This document shows, piece by piece, positions 7,202 through 17,500 of a DNA stretch of 20,000 nt. A program made the position numbers and the translations under genes. Positions within the stretch are counted from its first letter, which is position 1, and the number at the start of each line of letters is the position of its first letter. Location of the stretch: the sequence record DRR723986_3096, one strand, 5' to 3'. A model generated the notes under the pieces. The model searched no databases. It had not been told where the DNA came from and saw only the letters and a program-made list of their open reading frames with translations.

Positions 7202-10200
7202 ATGCGATCTAGATCAGTCGTCTATGTCCGCCTAATTGTTCTATTGGCCGCAACAGTTCAGCTTCTGCCAATCGCTTATTCGCAGCACACGCCGCTGGAG
7301 TATTCGAAGTGGAGTGGCAAACTAAACGTACCCGATCCAGTTGCCTTGTCGGTCGATGATCAAGGGCGAGTGTTCATCACGCAGACTCGTCGTCGAAAAA
7401 TCCAAGATCTCGACATTCGCCAGCACTCGCTGTGGATTCCAGCGGACGTTGGGCTATCAAGCGTTCAGGACAAGAGTGACTTTCTCCGGCGCGTCTTGGC
7501 CATCGACGGAGACCAAGCGGTGCAGTCGGAGCACGTTCAGGATCTCAATGGTGATGGTGAGTACGATTGGCGCGACCTTACAGTGGTGAGCGAAGCCATC
7601 TATCGCTTGGTGGATACTTCCGGTGACGGCAAGGCGGATCAGATCACCACTTTTGCTGAGGGCTTCAATACGGAGGTCACCGGAATTGCCGCAGGGGTGC
7701 TTGCGCATGAAGGCAGCGTCTTCGCGACCGTCGCGCCGGACCTTTGGAGGCTGAGTGATTCTGACGATGACGGCAAAGCAGACTCAAGAGAGAGTGTTGC
7801 CCATGGTTTTGGTCTGCACATCGCCTACGCAGGCCATGACATGCACGGTCCGATCGTTGGCCCCGATGGACGAATTTACTGGTCCATCGGCGACAAGGGA
7901 ATCAGCGTAACTGACAAAGCTGGAAAACACTGGCACTATCCGAATCAGGGCGGTGTTATGCGGTGTGAGCCCGACGGAAGCAACTTTGAAGTGTTCGCTC
8001 ATGGGCTGCGCAACGTCCAAGAGTTCGACTTTGACCAATATGGAAACATCTTTGGCATCGACAATGATGCCGACAAACCTGACGAACGCGAACGTTTCGT
8101 CTGGATCGTCGCGGACATGGACGCAGGTTGGAGATGCAATTATCAGTATCGCTCGGGGGAATACAGCCCCTGGACCGACGAAGGGCTGTGGAAAGTCCAG
8201 GTGCAAGGCAAGGCTTCGGGGACGGCCGAGATTTCACTGGATGACAGCGCCGCTTACTTGGTGCCACCAATCTCACATTACATCGACGGTCCAGCCGGAT
8301 TCAAGTTCAATCCCGGCAGTGCTCTCAGTGAGGATTACGAGAACTACTTCTTTTCAACCGGTGCACCCGAGGGGATTCAACACGCGTTTCGCGTCGAGCC
8401 GACAGGTGACACTTTCAAGATGGTGGACGACCATCGCATTGGTTCAGGTGTTGCGATTGTTGGCATTGCGTTCGGGCCAGACGGTGCTTTGTATGGTGCC
8501 GATTGGGACGGTGGTTATCCGCTGGACCAAAAAGGCTCGGTCGCAAGAATCGATACTGCTGAACAAGATCGGCATCCACTGCGAGCGGAAGTCCAGAAGC
8601 TATTGCGGAACGGATTCTCAAATGTGGAAACGCAGAGTCTAGTGACCTTTCTCGGGCATCAGGATCGTCGCATTCGTCTTGCCGCACAATTTGAGTTGGT
8701 CGCTCGCGATGATATGTATTCCCTTTCCTCGATTGCCTTGGATACGACCGCTAGTACGCTGGCCCGTTTGCATGGCATCTGGGGCGTTGCGATGCTTGGC
8801 CGCCGCGGCACGGATACGTTTCCGCGAGACACACTCGGGGGGCTACTGCGTGACTCTGATGAAGCAGTTCGCTCGGTTGCGGCAGCTTCATACGCTGAGA
8901 TGCCCAGAGCATATGGCTTCGCGTTGATCAACTTGCTCAAAGACAAGTCGCTGAAGGTTCGAATTCAAGCCGGGCTTGCACTCGGCCGGTTTCCAACTTC
9001 GCAGGCGAAGAAGCCGCTGCTTGAAGCGTCCAAAGAACTTCAGCCGGACCAGCATTATTTGCGCCACTCAATCGTAACTGCGATGGCTAGCTGCATCGAC
9101 GAAGCGGGGTTGGCTGAGCTAGAATCGAACGAGAGCGAAAGCACTCGAGTCTGTGCTGTTTTAGCTCTCCGTCGCCTAGAATCGCCAGAAACGAAGCGAT
9201 ATCTCATCGATGCATCGGCGAAAGTAGCTACAGCCGCCGCTCGAGCGATTCACGATGATCAGTCCATTGCACCGGCAATGGAAGCGTTGGCTAGCACGCT
9301 CGGCAAGGTCGAATCGCTACCCAAGAACGAAGCTTTTGTTCGACGAGCCATCAATGCGAACTTCCGCCTAGGCAACGCCTCTGCGGCTCAGCGATTGGTG
9401 CGTTTCGCGGCAAATGAGAAGTGTAGCCCTGCCATGCGAGAGGTGGCCTTAGAGACGCTTGCACTCTGGTACACGCCCCCAAAGTTGGATTTGGTCGATG
9501 GGCGAGCACGCGAGCTTCCACGCGCGGATCGACTACTGCCGGAGAAGCCTGTCGCCAATCAACTGGGCGTCATCATTGGATCCGCATCAGCAGGACTGCA
9601 GGCCACAGCACTTCGAACTGCAACAAAACTTGGCCTCGAATTGCCACTTCCTGTGTTGCTGGGGCTGCTAGACAATCAAGAGGCAGCGCCGGACTCCAAG
9701 GCGGCAGCTCTGGACGCAATTCTCGTACAAACCCAACAGTTGGTCATCGATGCGGCTGAATCTGAACCGCCAGTTCAACTAGCAGCTATCAAGAACTTGT
9801 CGCGTTTGGCAGACAAGCAGCAGCAAGTGTTTGTCGACAAAGTGCTCGCACAGAAAGATGCAGACATTCGAGTCCTTCGAGAGTTGATTCGATTCTTGGC
9901 AAACCAAGGGGCAAACTTCTCTGGCGAAAAACTACGACTCATCGCCAAGCAAGCTGCGAAGCATGAACTTCCCGCGGGCTTGCAGTTGGACGTCGTGCTA
10001 GCGTGTCAGAAACGCGACCTGGCACGGAAGGAAGTTGCAACCATATTGGCCAGAGGAAATAGCATCGCCGAAGATGAGGCGTTCGCAGTATTCGGGCTTG
10101 CGATTCAGGGCGGTGATCCGGAAGCGGGGAAGGACATCTTCAACAATCACGTTGTTGCACAGTGCAGTCGATGCCATCGAGCGGGAGGTTCCGGCAGCAA

Positions 10201-10525
10201 TATCGGGCCTAACTTGGCAAACGTCGTTAAGAAACGGGATGACAAACACCTGCTCCGGTCTCTTCTAAATCCCTCAGCCGATATTGAAGACAAGTATCAG
10301 AGCAACTCGTACTTGTTGTACACCGGCAACGTTGTCCAAGGGGTTCCGGTCCGCGAGACTAAGGAGACTGTGACGATCGCGGATAGCAACGGCAAAGAAA
10401 TCGAATTGCTCAAGGAGGACATAGAAGAGTCAGTCGTTCAAAAGAACTCGCTGATGCCTTCCATGTCGGAAGTGCTCAAGCCCGAGCAGATGCGTGATCT
10501 GATTGCATTCCTCAGATCGCTCTAG
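7202..10525 (+). CDS. PVC-type heme-binding CxxCH protein: glucose/sorbosone-dehydrogenase-like beta-propeller + HEAT repeats + C-terminal cytochrome c
   Basis: Signal peptide. Propeller motifs GPDGRIYWSIGD, FEVFAHGLRN and FGPDGALY. Dx[DN]xDG-like loops (DLNGDGEYD, DTSGDGKAD, DSDDDGKAD). HEAT repeats. GDPEAGKDIF...CSRCH (10163-10177)...IGPNL...SLMP. AAGGGG RBS. Confidence 0.92.
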   Translation: MRSRSVVYVRLIVLLAATVQLLPIAYSQHTPLEYSKWSGKLNVPDPVALSVDDQGRVFITQTRRRKIQDLDIRQHSLWIPADVGLSSVQDKSDFLRRVLAIDGDQAVQSEHVQDLNGDGEYDWRDLTVVSEAIYRLVDTSGDGKADQITTFAEGFNTEVTGIAAGVLAHEGSVFATVAPDLWRLSDSDDDGKADSRESVAHGFGLHIAYAGHDMHGPIVGPDGRIYWSIGDKGISVTDKAGKHWHYPNQGGVMRCEPDGSNFEVFAHGLRNVQEFDFDQYGNIFGIDNDADKPDERERFVWIVADMDAGWRCNYQYRSGEYSPWTDEGLWKVQVQGKASGTAEISLDDSAAYLVPPISHYIDGPAGFKFNPGSALSEDYENYFFSTGAPEGIQHAFRVEPTGDTFKMVDDHRIGSGVAIVGIAFGPDGALYGADWDGGYPLDQKGSVARIDTAEQDRHPLRAEVQKLLRNGFSNVETQSLVTFLGHQDRRIRLAAQFELVARDDMYSLSSIALDTTASTLARLHGIWGVAMLGRRGTDTFPRDTLGGLLRDSDEAVRSVAAASYAEMPRAYGFALINLLKDKSLKVRIQAGLALGRFPTSQAKKPLLEASKELQPDQHYLRHSIVTAMASCIDEAGLAELESNESESTRVCAVLALRRLESPETKRYLIDASAKVATAAARAIHDDQSIAPAMEALASTLGKVESLPKNEAFVRRAINANFRLGNASAAQRLVRFAANEKCSPAMREVALETLALWYTPPKLDLVDGRARELPRADRLLPEKPVANQLGVIIGSASAGLQATALRTATKLGLELPLPVLLGLLDNQEAAPDSKAAALDAILVQTQQLVIDAAESEPPVQLAAIKNLSRLADKQQQVFVDKVLAQKDADIRVLRELIRFLANQGANFSGEKLRLIAKQAAKHELPAGLQLDVVLACQKRDLARKEVATILARGNSIAEDEAFAVFGLAIQGGDPEAGKDIFNNHVVAQCSRCHRAGGSGSNIGPNLANVVKKRDDKHLLRSLLNPSADIEDKYQSNSYLLYTGNVVQGVPVRETKETVTIADSNGKEIELLKEDIEESVVQKNSLMPSMSEVLKPEQMRDLIAFLRSL

Positions 10526-10543
10526 AGGGCAGCTTTGGGGGCG

Positions 10544-11959
10544 TCACGCGCCGATCAGCTTACTGTTGAATCGGCCTTCGTTGATAGTCGGGCGTTCAAT
10601 CCGCCCCTTGTGGTTGAAGGTCAATTTCATATTGTCGATACCAAGCAACCAGAGGATCGACGCGTGTATATCATGTACATGCATCTTGTCCTCTACGGCG
10701 TACAAGCCGAGCTCGTCGGTTGAGCCGATTGTTTGGCCGCCCTTCACTCCGCCGCCAGCCATCCAGATTGAAAAACCGGTTGGATTGTGATCCCGGCCAT
10801 CGCCTTTTTCGCTCATCGGCGTACGTCCAAATTCACCACCCCAAATGACCAGCGTGTCGTCAAGCATTCCGCGTTGCTTCAGGTCTTTCAGCAGGCCAGC
10901 AACTGGTTTGTCCATCGATCGACACAGCCGACTGTGATTCTTCTCGATGCCTGCGTGCGAGTCCCACTTGCTGCCAGTACCTGAATAAAGCTGCACGAAA
11001 CGAACTCCGCGTTCAACCAGGCGGCGGGCGAGCAGGCAATTGCGGCCGAAGGTCTCGGTCTCTTTCTGCTCAAGCCCGTAGAGTTCACGGGTGGCCTGAG
11101 TTTCAGTCGCCAGATCAACAGCCTCAGGGGCATCGGATTGCATTCGAAACGCAAGTTCGTAGCTGCGAATGCGTGCTTCGAGTTCGGATTGTTGGCGACG
11201 GCTAGCGGCGTACTCTGCGTTGAACTTGTTTAATAGTGAGAGTTTTCCAGCGACCCGCTCGTCCGAGTAGCCCTTCGGTGAACTTAGATTGGGAATGGGC
11301 TGTGTCGAGGTACCGCTGATTCGAACACCTTGATGCGTTGCCGGCATGAATCCACTGCCCCAGTTGCGAGGGCCATTCACTGGCCGACCATTGCTGTCGC
11401 ACACTACGACAAATGACGGCAAGTTCTCATTCGCACTACCCAGCCCATAATGGACCCACGAACCCAGGGATGGCCGGCCAGCAAAATTGATGCAGGTATT
11501 CATCTGACAAACACCGCCGGCATGGTTGATCCCATTGGTCCAACACGACCGGACGACGGCAATGTCATCCATCATCTCGCCGATGTGGGGGATCCAGTCC
11601 GAAGCCCACAAGCCGCTTTGCCCGCATTGTCGCCACTTGCGAGGCGAGGCAAGAAGCGGCGAACCTTTCTCGCCCATGGCGGTGATCGGTTCCTTGAAGG
11701 AGGGCGGCAGTGGCTTGCCGGAAAGTTTGTTCACGAGTGGTTTGGGATCCACCAAGTCCAAGTGGCTTGGACCGCCTTCCATGAACAGCCAGATGACATT
11801 CTTGGCACGCGGAGCATGGTGCAGCCCGCGTGTGGTGTCGGCATTGAGTGCGTCAGATGCCTGCGACTCACTGTGCAGCATACTCGCCAATGCCAAAGAG
11901 CCAATGCCGGTGCTGCCGGCTCGCAAAAAGCCTCGGCGGTCAATAAAGTCGGACATCAC
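10544..11959 (-). CDS. DUF1501 domain-containing protein (sulfatase-like fold, Tat-exported)
   Basis: Tat motif DRRGFL. HHAPRAKNVIWLFMEGGPSHLD, RPSLGSWVHYGLGS, CLLARRLVERGVRFVQ, WDSH, GEFGRTP, GRDHNP and MAGGGVKGG are typical of the family. Start GTG 11959 or ATG 11956 after GAGG. Confidence 0.93.
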   Translation of the reverse strand: MMSDFIDRRGFLRAGSTGIGSLALASMLHSESQASDALNADTTRGLHHAPRAKNVIWLFMEGGPSHLDLVDPKPLVNKLSGKPLPPSFKEPITAMGEKGSPLLASPRKWRQCGQSGLWASDWIPHIGEMMDDIAVVRSCWTNGINHAGGVCQMNTCINFAGRPSLGSWVHYGLGSANENLPSFVVVCDSNGRPVNGPRNWGSGFMPATHQGVRISGTSTQPIPNLSSPKGYSDERVAGKLSLLNKFNAEYAASRRQQSELEARIRSYELAFRMQSDAPEAVDLATETQATRELYGLEQKETETFGRNCLLARRLVERGVRFVQLYSGTGSKWDSHAGIEKNHSRLCRSMDKPVAGLLKDLKQRGMLDDTLVIWGGEFGRTPMSEKGDGRDHNPTGFSIWMAGGGVKGGQTIGSTDELGLYAVEDKMHVHDIHASILWLLGIDNMKLTFNHKGRIERPTINEGRFNSKLIGA

Positions 11960-12010
11960 AAAACCTCGTACTTCAAACAGTGTTCATCATTCGAGCAACA
12001 CGATCTGACG

Positions 12011-14551
12011 CTATTCGATGTAAAGAAACTGGTTGGAGTTGAACAAAATGTGGCAGAAGTCGGCGAGCCGCTCTACCGAGGGAGGCTCGCTATCCTCACC
12101 GATTCCAATTTTCATATAGTCCAGCGCACTGGCCAGTTCGTCACCGGTAGGACTACGTCCCCATGTCCTCAGAAAGGCGCGTTCTGCAAGTTCCTCTGGC
12201 GTGCTGTACTGCTTCATCAACTGTTCAGCCATCTTCTTGGCTCTTCCAAGAGCATAGGAACCATTGATCAAGAGTAGGGCTTGAGTGGGCGTCGTCGTTG
12301 AATCGCGGACGGCGACGCTACGCAAGCCCGCTGCAGTGTCGAAGCCGTGGAGGAACGTGTCGTTCTTATTGCGGAAACTCTTGACGTAGATCGAACGCCG
12401 CGGTTCGGACTCGCCCACACTGGGACCGCCCAGCTTCTTCCGCAGTTCGCCGCTGGCCAGCAACATGGAGTCGCGAATTTGCTCAGCCGACTGACGGCGT
12501 ATTCCCCAACGCCAGAACAAGTCTTCACCAGGGTCGACCTGACTGTACTCGGATGCTCGCGTATGATCAGCAGACAATTTCCACGTTTTCGAATTCAGAA
12601 TCAGCCGATGGAGGCGTTTCATTTTCCAGCCGCCATCGACGAAATACGCTGTAATGAAATCTAACAACGCTGGATCCGTCGGTCGTGCTCCCTGTGCCCC
12701 AAAGTCACTGGACGTTTTGACGACACCGCGACCAAAATGCTGCTGCCAAATTCGATTTGCAATAACTCGCGTCGAAAGAGGGTTGTCGGCGTCACCGATC
12801 CACTTCGCCAATGCTGTCCTACGTCCCGTCGTGTCAGGGCGGATTTCGTCGGTTGCAAAACTGGACAGACCGTCATCACCCATTACAGTCAAGAAACCGG
12901 GGGCTACCGGTGGAGCGGATGAATCGGGAATCCGTGTTGGTGAAGGAATGCCGCTGAAATCCGTGGCAGTCATCAACTTGGGCAGCGGTTTGGGTTTCAG
13001 TTTGTCGAACTCGGACAGTTTCTTCAGGAGCTCGTCACGCCGCGTCTTGTCCTCCTTCTTCAAACTCTTGAAAGGTCCGCCGCCTTCCTCGAGGAACTGT
13101 CGTTCGACAAGGTAGGCCATCTGATTCTGCCAGCTTGTACGGTCTGCTTTTGGCATGTGGAAGCAGGCTTGAATGTCGAGCGGAAACTTGTCGACGGTGG
13201 ATTCCCACTTCTTATCGATGTACTTCCGTTCAAGCTCCTCCAATTCCGCCCGCAGCTCAGCAGTTGCCTCCAAGTATGCTTGATTGTCTTTCGCAAACTT
13301 CTGCTTCTGGGCCTCGGTTGCCCCAAGCAAATCATCACGCCAGCTAATGGGTTCAAAAAAAGCACGCAGTTTGAAATAGTCACGCTGCAGGATTGGGTCA
13401 AATTTATGGTTGTGGCAACGAGCGCAGGACATGCTCAGGCCGAAAAAGACGTCACCGGTCACGTCCGTCATCTCATTCATGATGTCGTTCCAGTGCCCGC
13501 GTGCGTCCCGCTGGTTGTACTCGTAAATTCCGAGCCTCAGGTAGCCAGCGGCGATGAGTGCCGCAGGGTTGTCATCGGGGCGTTCATCGCCGGCCAACTG
13601 ATCTCGAACGAATTCAGGGTAGGCTTTGTCTTCGTTGAATGCATCGATCACGTAATCGCGATATCGCCAAATGTGTGGGCGATACGCGTCTTGGTTCCAC
13701 CCGTCGGATTCCGCATAACGGACGAGATCAAGCCAGTGGCGTGCCCAGTGCTCACCGTACCGCGGGTCTTCCAGTAGCTTATCAACAAGTTGCGCCCAGC
13801 GGCATTCGGGTGGCCCGCTATAGTAATCTGCAATCTCTTCCTCTGTCGGAGGCACGCCAACAATATCGAAGTAAACCCGACGCAGCAGCACGGACTCGTC
13901 AGCTTGGTCTGCCGGTTGAATCCCCTTCTCAGTCAAACTGGCGAATACAAATTGATCAATCGGGTTCTCGTTCCATGCAGCATTGCTGGCAGTTGGCGGG
14001 TCGTCGCGGCGAACGGGTTGGAAGGCCCACCACTGCTTGTCGGCATCGGTCACGCCAGCTTCTTCGCGGACTACCGAACTTGCCGGCCAGTGCGCACCTG
14101 ACTCCACCCATTGCTCGAACAGGTCGATTGTCTTTTCGTCAAGCTGTCCGCTCGGGGGCATTTCGAAGCCTTCGTAGCGAAGAGCCTCGATGATTAAACT
14201 GCCATCGGTATCGCCCGGCGCAAGAGCTGCACCGCTTTCGCCACCCGTGGTGATGGACTCGAATGAATCAAGCCGCAAACCGCCCTCTTGTTTCGTCTCG
14301 CCGTGGCAACTCACACACTTGTTAGCCAGTACCGGTCGAATACTCTCTTCGAAGAACTCGGCTTGAGCTTTCTCGCTCGCAGAGCTGGCGTTCTGGACAC
14401 TCTCATCTTCCGCCCCCACGACTGGTACAACACACGACAGCACCAGTGCTGCCGCCGCCATCAGCCTTAATGCAACAGGTTGCGATGCCGCTCGAGAGAG
14501 ACGAAAGCACATTGACGTCAATCGATCGATTTTGAAACGATGAACATTCAT
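12011..14551 (-). CDS. Planctomycete cytochrome c (PSCyt1) + DUF1549 + DUF1553 (PSD1) protein
   Basis: FFEESIRPVLANKCVSCHG (CxxCH 14303-14317), GGLRLD, WWAFQP, NPIDQF, YGEHWARHWLD.VRYAESDG, CARCHNHKFDPI (13412-13426), NRIWQQHFGRG, AEQIRDS and TPTQAL. Start overlaps the upstream stop (ATGA). Confidence 0.93.
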   Translation of the reverse strand: MNVHRFKIDRLTSMCFRLSRAASQPVALRLMAAAALVLSCVVPVVGAEDESVQNASSASEKAQAEFFEESIRPVLANKCVSCHGETKQEGGLRLDSFESITTGGESGAALAPGDTDGSLIIEALRYEGFEMPPSGQLDEKTIDLFEQWVESGAHWPASSVVREEAGVTDADKQWWAFQPVRRDDPPTASNAAWNENPIDQFVFASLTEKGIQPADQADESVLLRRVYFDIVGVPPTEEEIADYYSGPPECRWAQLVDKLLEDPRYGEHWARHWLDLVRYAESDGWNQDAYRPHIWRYRDYVIDAFNEDKAYPEFVRDQLAGDERPDDNPAALIAAGYLRLGIYEYNQRDARGHWNDIMNEMTDVTGDVFFGLSMSCARCHNHKFDPILQRDYFKLRAFFEPISWRDDLLGATEAQKQKFAKDNQAYLEATAELRAELEELERKYIDKKWESTVDKFPLDIQACFHMPKADRTSWQNQMAYLVERQFLEEGGGPFKSLKKEDKTRRDELLKKLSEFDKLKPKPLPKLMTATDFSGIPSPTRIPDSSAPPVAPGFLTVMGDDGLSSFATDEIRPDTTGRRTALAKWIGDADNPLSTRVIANRIWQQHFGRGVVKTSSDFGAQGARPTDPALLDFITAYFVDGGWKMKRLHRLILNSKTWKLSADHTRASEYSQVDPGEDLFWRWGIRRQSAEQIRDSMLLASGELRKKLGGPSVGESEPRRSIYVKSFRNKNDTFLHGFDTAAGLRSVAVRDSTTTPTQALLLINGSYALGRAKKMAEQLMKQYSTPEELAERAFLRTWGRSPTGDELASALDYMKIGIGEDSEPPSVERLADFCHILFNSNQFLYIE

Positions 14552-17500
14552 TGTTTGTCCGCTCCATCTTTTAGACTCGTCGCCGGCGCAGAGAAGGTCA
14601 CGTTCTCTGCCTGCAAACGCAGTGCCTCAGGCAAGTCCCGCGCGTCCAATCGCACTAGGACTAGATGATCTCCGGCTGACAGCGTTGTCGTGAACCTGGC
14701 TGCGTTCTTTGAGTTGTCCGGCTCTGACGGAGCCGACTCCGCTCTTTTTCGTTCGACTTCAACTCCGTCGATCCACAGAGCGGCCGCTGGGGAGTTGACC
14801 GTAAATGTCACCGTGCTTTCTTGAGCAACCTGCGCCGTTGTTCGAGCATAAACGTGCACCAGGGCAATGTTTCTGGGCTGCTTGGTCAGCTCCACGATGG
14901 TCTCGCTGGGGAGGTCACCACTGACCAATGCCGTCGCTGGCTTCCAGCCCGATCGTAACTCCCCGCTGGTAATCCGTTCTGACCCAAGTTGTTCGATTCG
15001 GTGCGTTCCGGCAAAGATATCGTACTGACGGGCAACTCCACCGCGTGATGCGTCGAAGCGACCGGGCTTGCCAAGCTGCGATAGGAAGGCGACCAGGTCG
15101 ACACGTTCTTCGTCGGTCAAGCGATCGACTACACCGCTGGGCATCAAGCTCGAAGCAGCCTTCTTCCCAATGATGTCGATCTGCGGCACTTCAATGAGTT
15201 TGCCATTGGCATCGCGAAGCACCAGTTTGTCATCATCGCTGGAAACTTGGATTCCAGTGAACACTTGGCCCTCCTCGGTCGCGACGCTCACCGAATGGTA
15301 GCCCTCTTTGACTTTTGCAGCGGGGTCAACAAGCGACTCGATGATGTAGTCGACCGGAGCACTTGCCCCAAGGCTGGTCATATCTGGCCCAACTTTTCCG
15401 CCGACTCCACCGATCGCGTGGCAAGTAACACATGCCAACTCGTTGCGACGATAGACGAGTTCACCGCGAGCGGGATTCGCAGCCTCGAGTCCTGCAGTAA
15501 TTTTGGCCACCAACTCGGGTGAATAGATTAGTTTTTCAGCTTGAGTGCCCATCTGGTCAAGAACGCTCTTAAGGCTTGCGAAGGCCTCGCCACGAGTTGA
15601 AACAACTTGACGTCCTGCATCGACTACGAAATCGTCTAGGTTCGCTTCTGGCAAAGCCGCACCGACCTTCTCGGTGAAGCCTGGTGCGCCGAGGTACTCA
15701 CGCCAAATCGCTTGAGCTGCAGCGGTGTCCGTTGCTCGGCTCAGCATTGCGATGAATGGCTCGACGGCGTTCTCGGGTGCCAGCTCGGTTAGCGACCGAA
15801 GAGCCGATTTCTGGATTGTTCGAGCCGCCTTAGGATTGCTGGCAAGCTTGGTGAGCAGATCGACCGACTGCGCCGCCCCAAGGACACGAAGTGTGTCGAT
15901 CGCTGTTGCTCGAACTCCTACAGGTGCATCCGCGTTGCTGGCGATTCGGATGAGCCTTGCGGCCTGCCCCTTCATTCGCCAACTGCCAATCAGCTTCATC
16001 GCCGACTGTACCGTTTTCTCCGCATGAGAGCTGGGGTCGAGCAGTTGTGCGACCGAGGAGACGTTGGTCGGGCGTTGCTTTCGAAGGCGATTTGCCACTT
16101 CGAGCGATTCGAGAGCGCGTAGTGTTGCGGATTCTGAAAGTTCACCAGCAACGGTAGCTTCGAGCAACTGCTGCAACTCCGCTCGACCTCCAGCCTTTCC
16201 GATCAACTCAATCCAAGGGCCATCGGTGCTCTCTGCCAATTTGTTCGAAGCCAAGAAATTAGATAGCAGTCCTGACGCAAGCGATGGTTCGATCTTGGTG
16301 ACGATGAACTCCAGTTTTCGACTGGCAAGATCACCGTCTTTTTCGCTGGTCGCTTGCGTCTTTAGCCAGTCGCCTGATTCTATTTCGTGTGCCAATTCCT
16401 CCGCGACTTCATTGACCGTCAGTGTAAGAGCATGTTCAATGAAGCGGTCCATAGGCAGCGACAATACGTCGAGCGCTCGGGTCGCATTGGCAACCGAAGC
16501 ATCTCGCGAGAGTGCGCGAATCGCTTCCAATCGTACGCGCGGGAATTCGTCAGCTAGCGCGTTGACCAAGGGGCCGCGCCAACTCGCTTCTTGAGCACTA
16601 CCAACTTGACCATCAATGAATGCTGTACCGAGAGTTCGAACGGCGGCGGCGCGAACTCGGCCGTCGTCAGATTTCAGGCAGAGCTCTAGGGCGTTGCTAT
16701 TGAGCGACTCCGTGGCCTGAGACAGCCACAGCACTTCCAAAGCGACAAGTGGGCTTGTGCCGGCTGTCGTTGTGTCGGCCTTGGAGTCCTTAACGGCAAG
16801 CCACTCCGCCAACTTGACTGGCGCAGCATCTGGGTTGGCGACCAGTCGATCAGAAAGTAGCTTGCGAGCCGTCGTGCGTTCGTAGCCGTCGCCCTCGGTT
16901 AGCAGGCCGAACAGTTCACCATCGGATAATGCGGCAAGATCCCGCTTCATGGCCGAAGCAGTGGCCCCCTTCCACTCAAGTCGCCAGATCCGACCATGCC
17001 AACGATCGCGGCGCGCATCGCGAAAATCGACTTCACCATGATTGATAATCGGATTGGACCAGTCGGCGATATAGAGCGCTCCGTCCGGGCCAAGCTTGAC
17101 GTCGATTGGCCGGAAAGTTGCAGCGCTGGTTCGCACGAGGTCTGCTTCCTGTTTGGTCACGAAGCCTGCTGCATCTTCGGCCAGCGAAAAACGCGTCACG
17201 CGATTAGCACGGAAATCGCAGGTCACAAGCGATCCTTGCCAGTCTTCGGGATAATTCGCCCCGTCAATAATCTCAAGCGACGCGAACTTCGGCCAACTGC
17301 CAGGGCTGATCAAGTCGAGTTGGTGACGAGCACCTGGCGTCGGATTAAACGTTGCACCGGGGAAGCCGTAGGCGATGCCCGCGAAACCAGCGCCATCGGT
17401 CAAGAACGACTGGCCGTACCGATCAAATCGGTGCCCCCAAGAATTCCACAGCCCGCGAAAGAACACATTGGTCTTTAAATTTGCCGTGTTCAATCGCATT

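Noticed and set aside
11450-12277. 275-aa plus-strand ORF and other antisense or nested ORFs in the track (e.g. 13157-13777, 7953-8642, 16064-16594)
   Set aside because: Shadow frames of well-supported genes, with no recognisable motifs.
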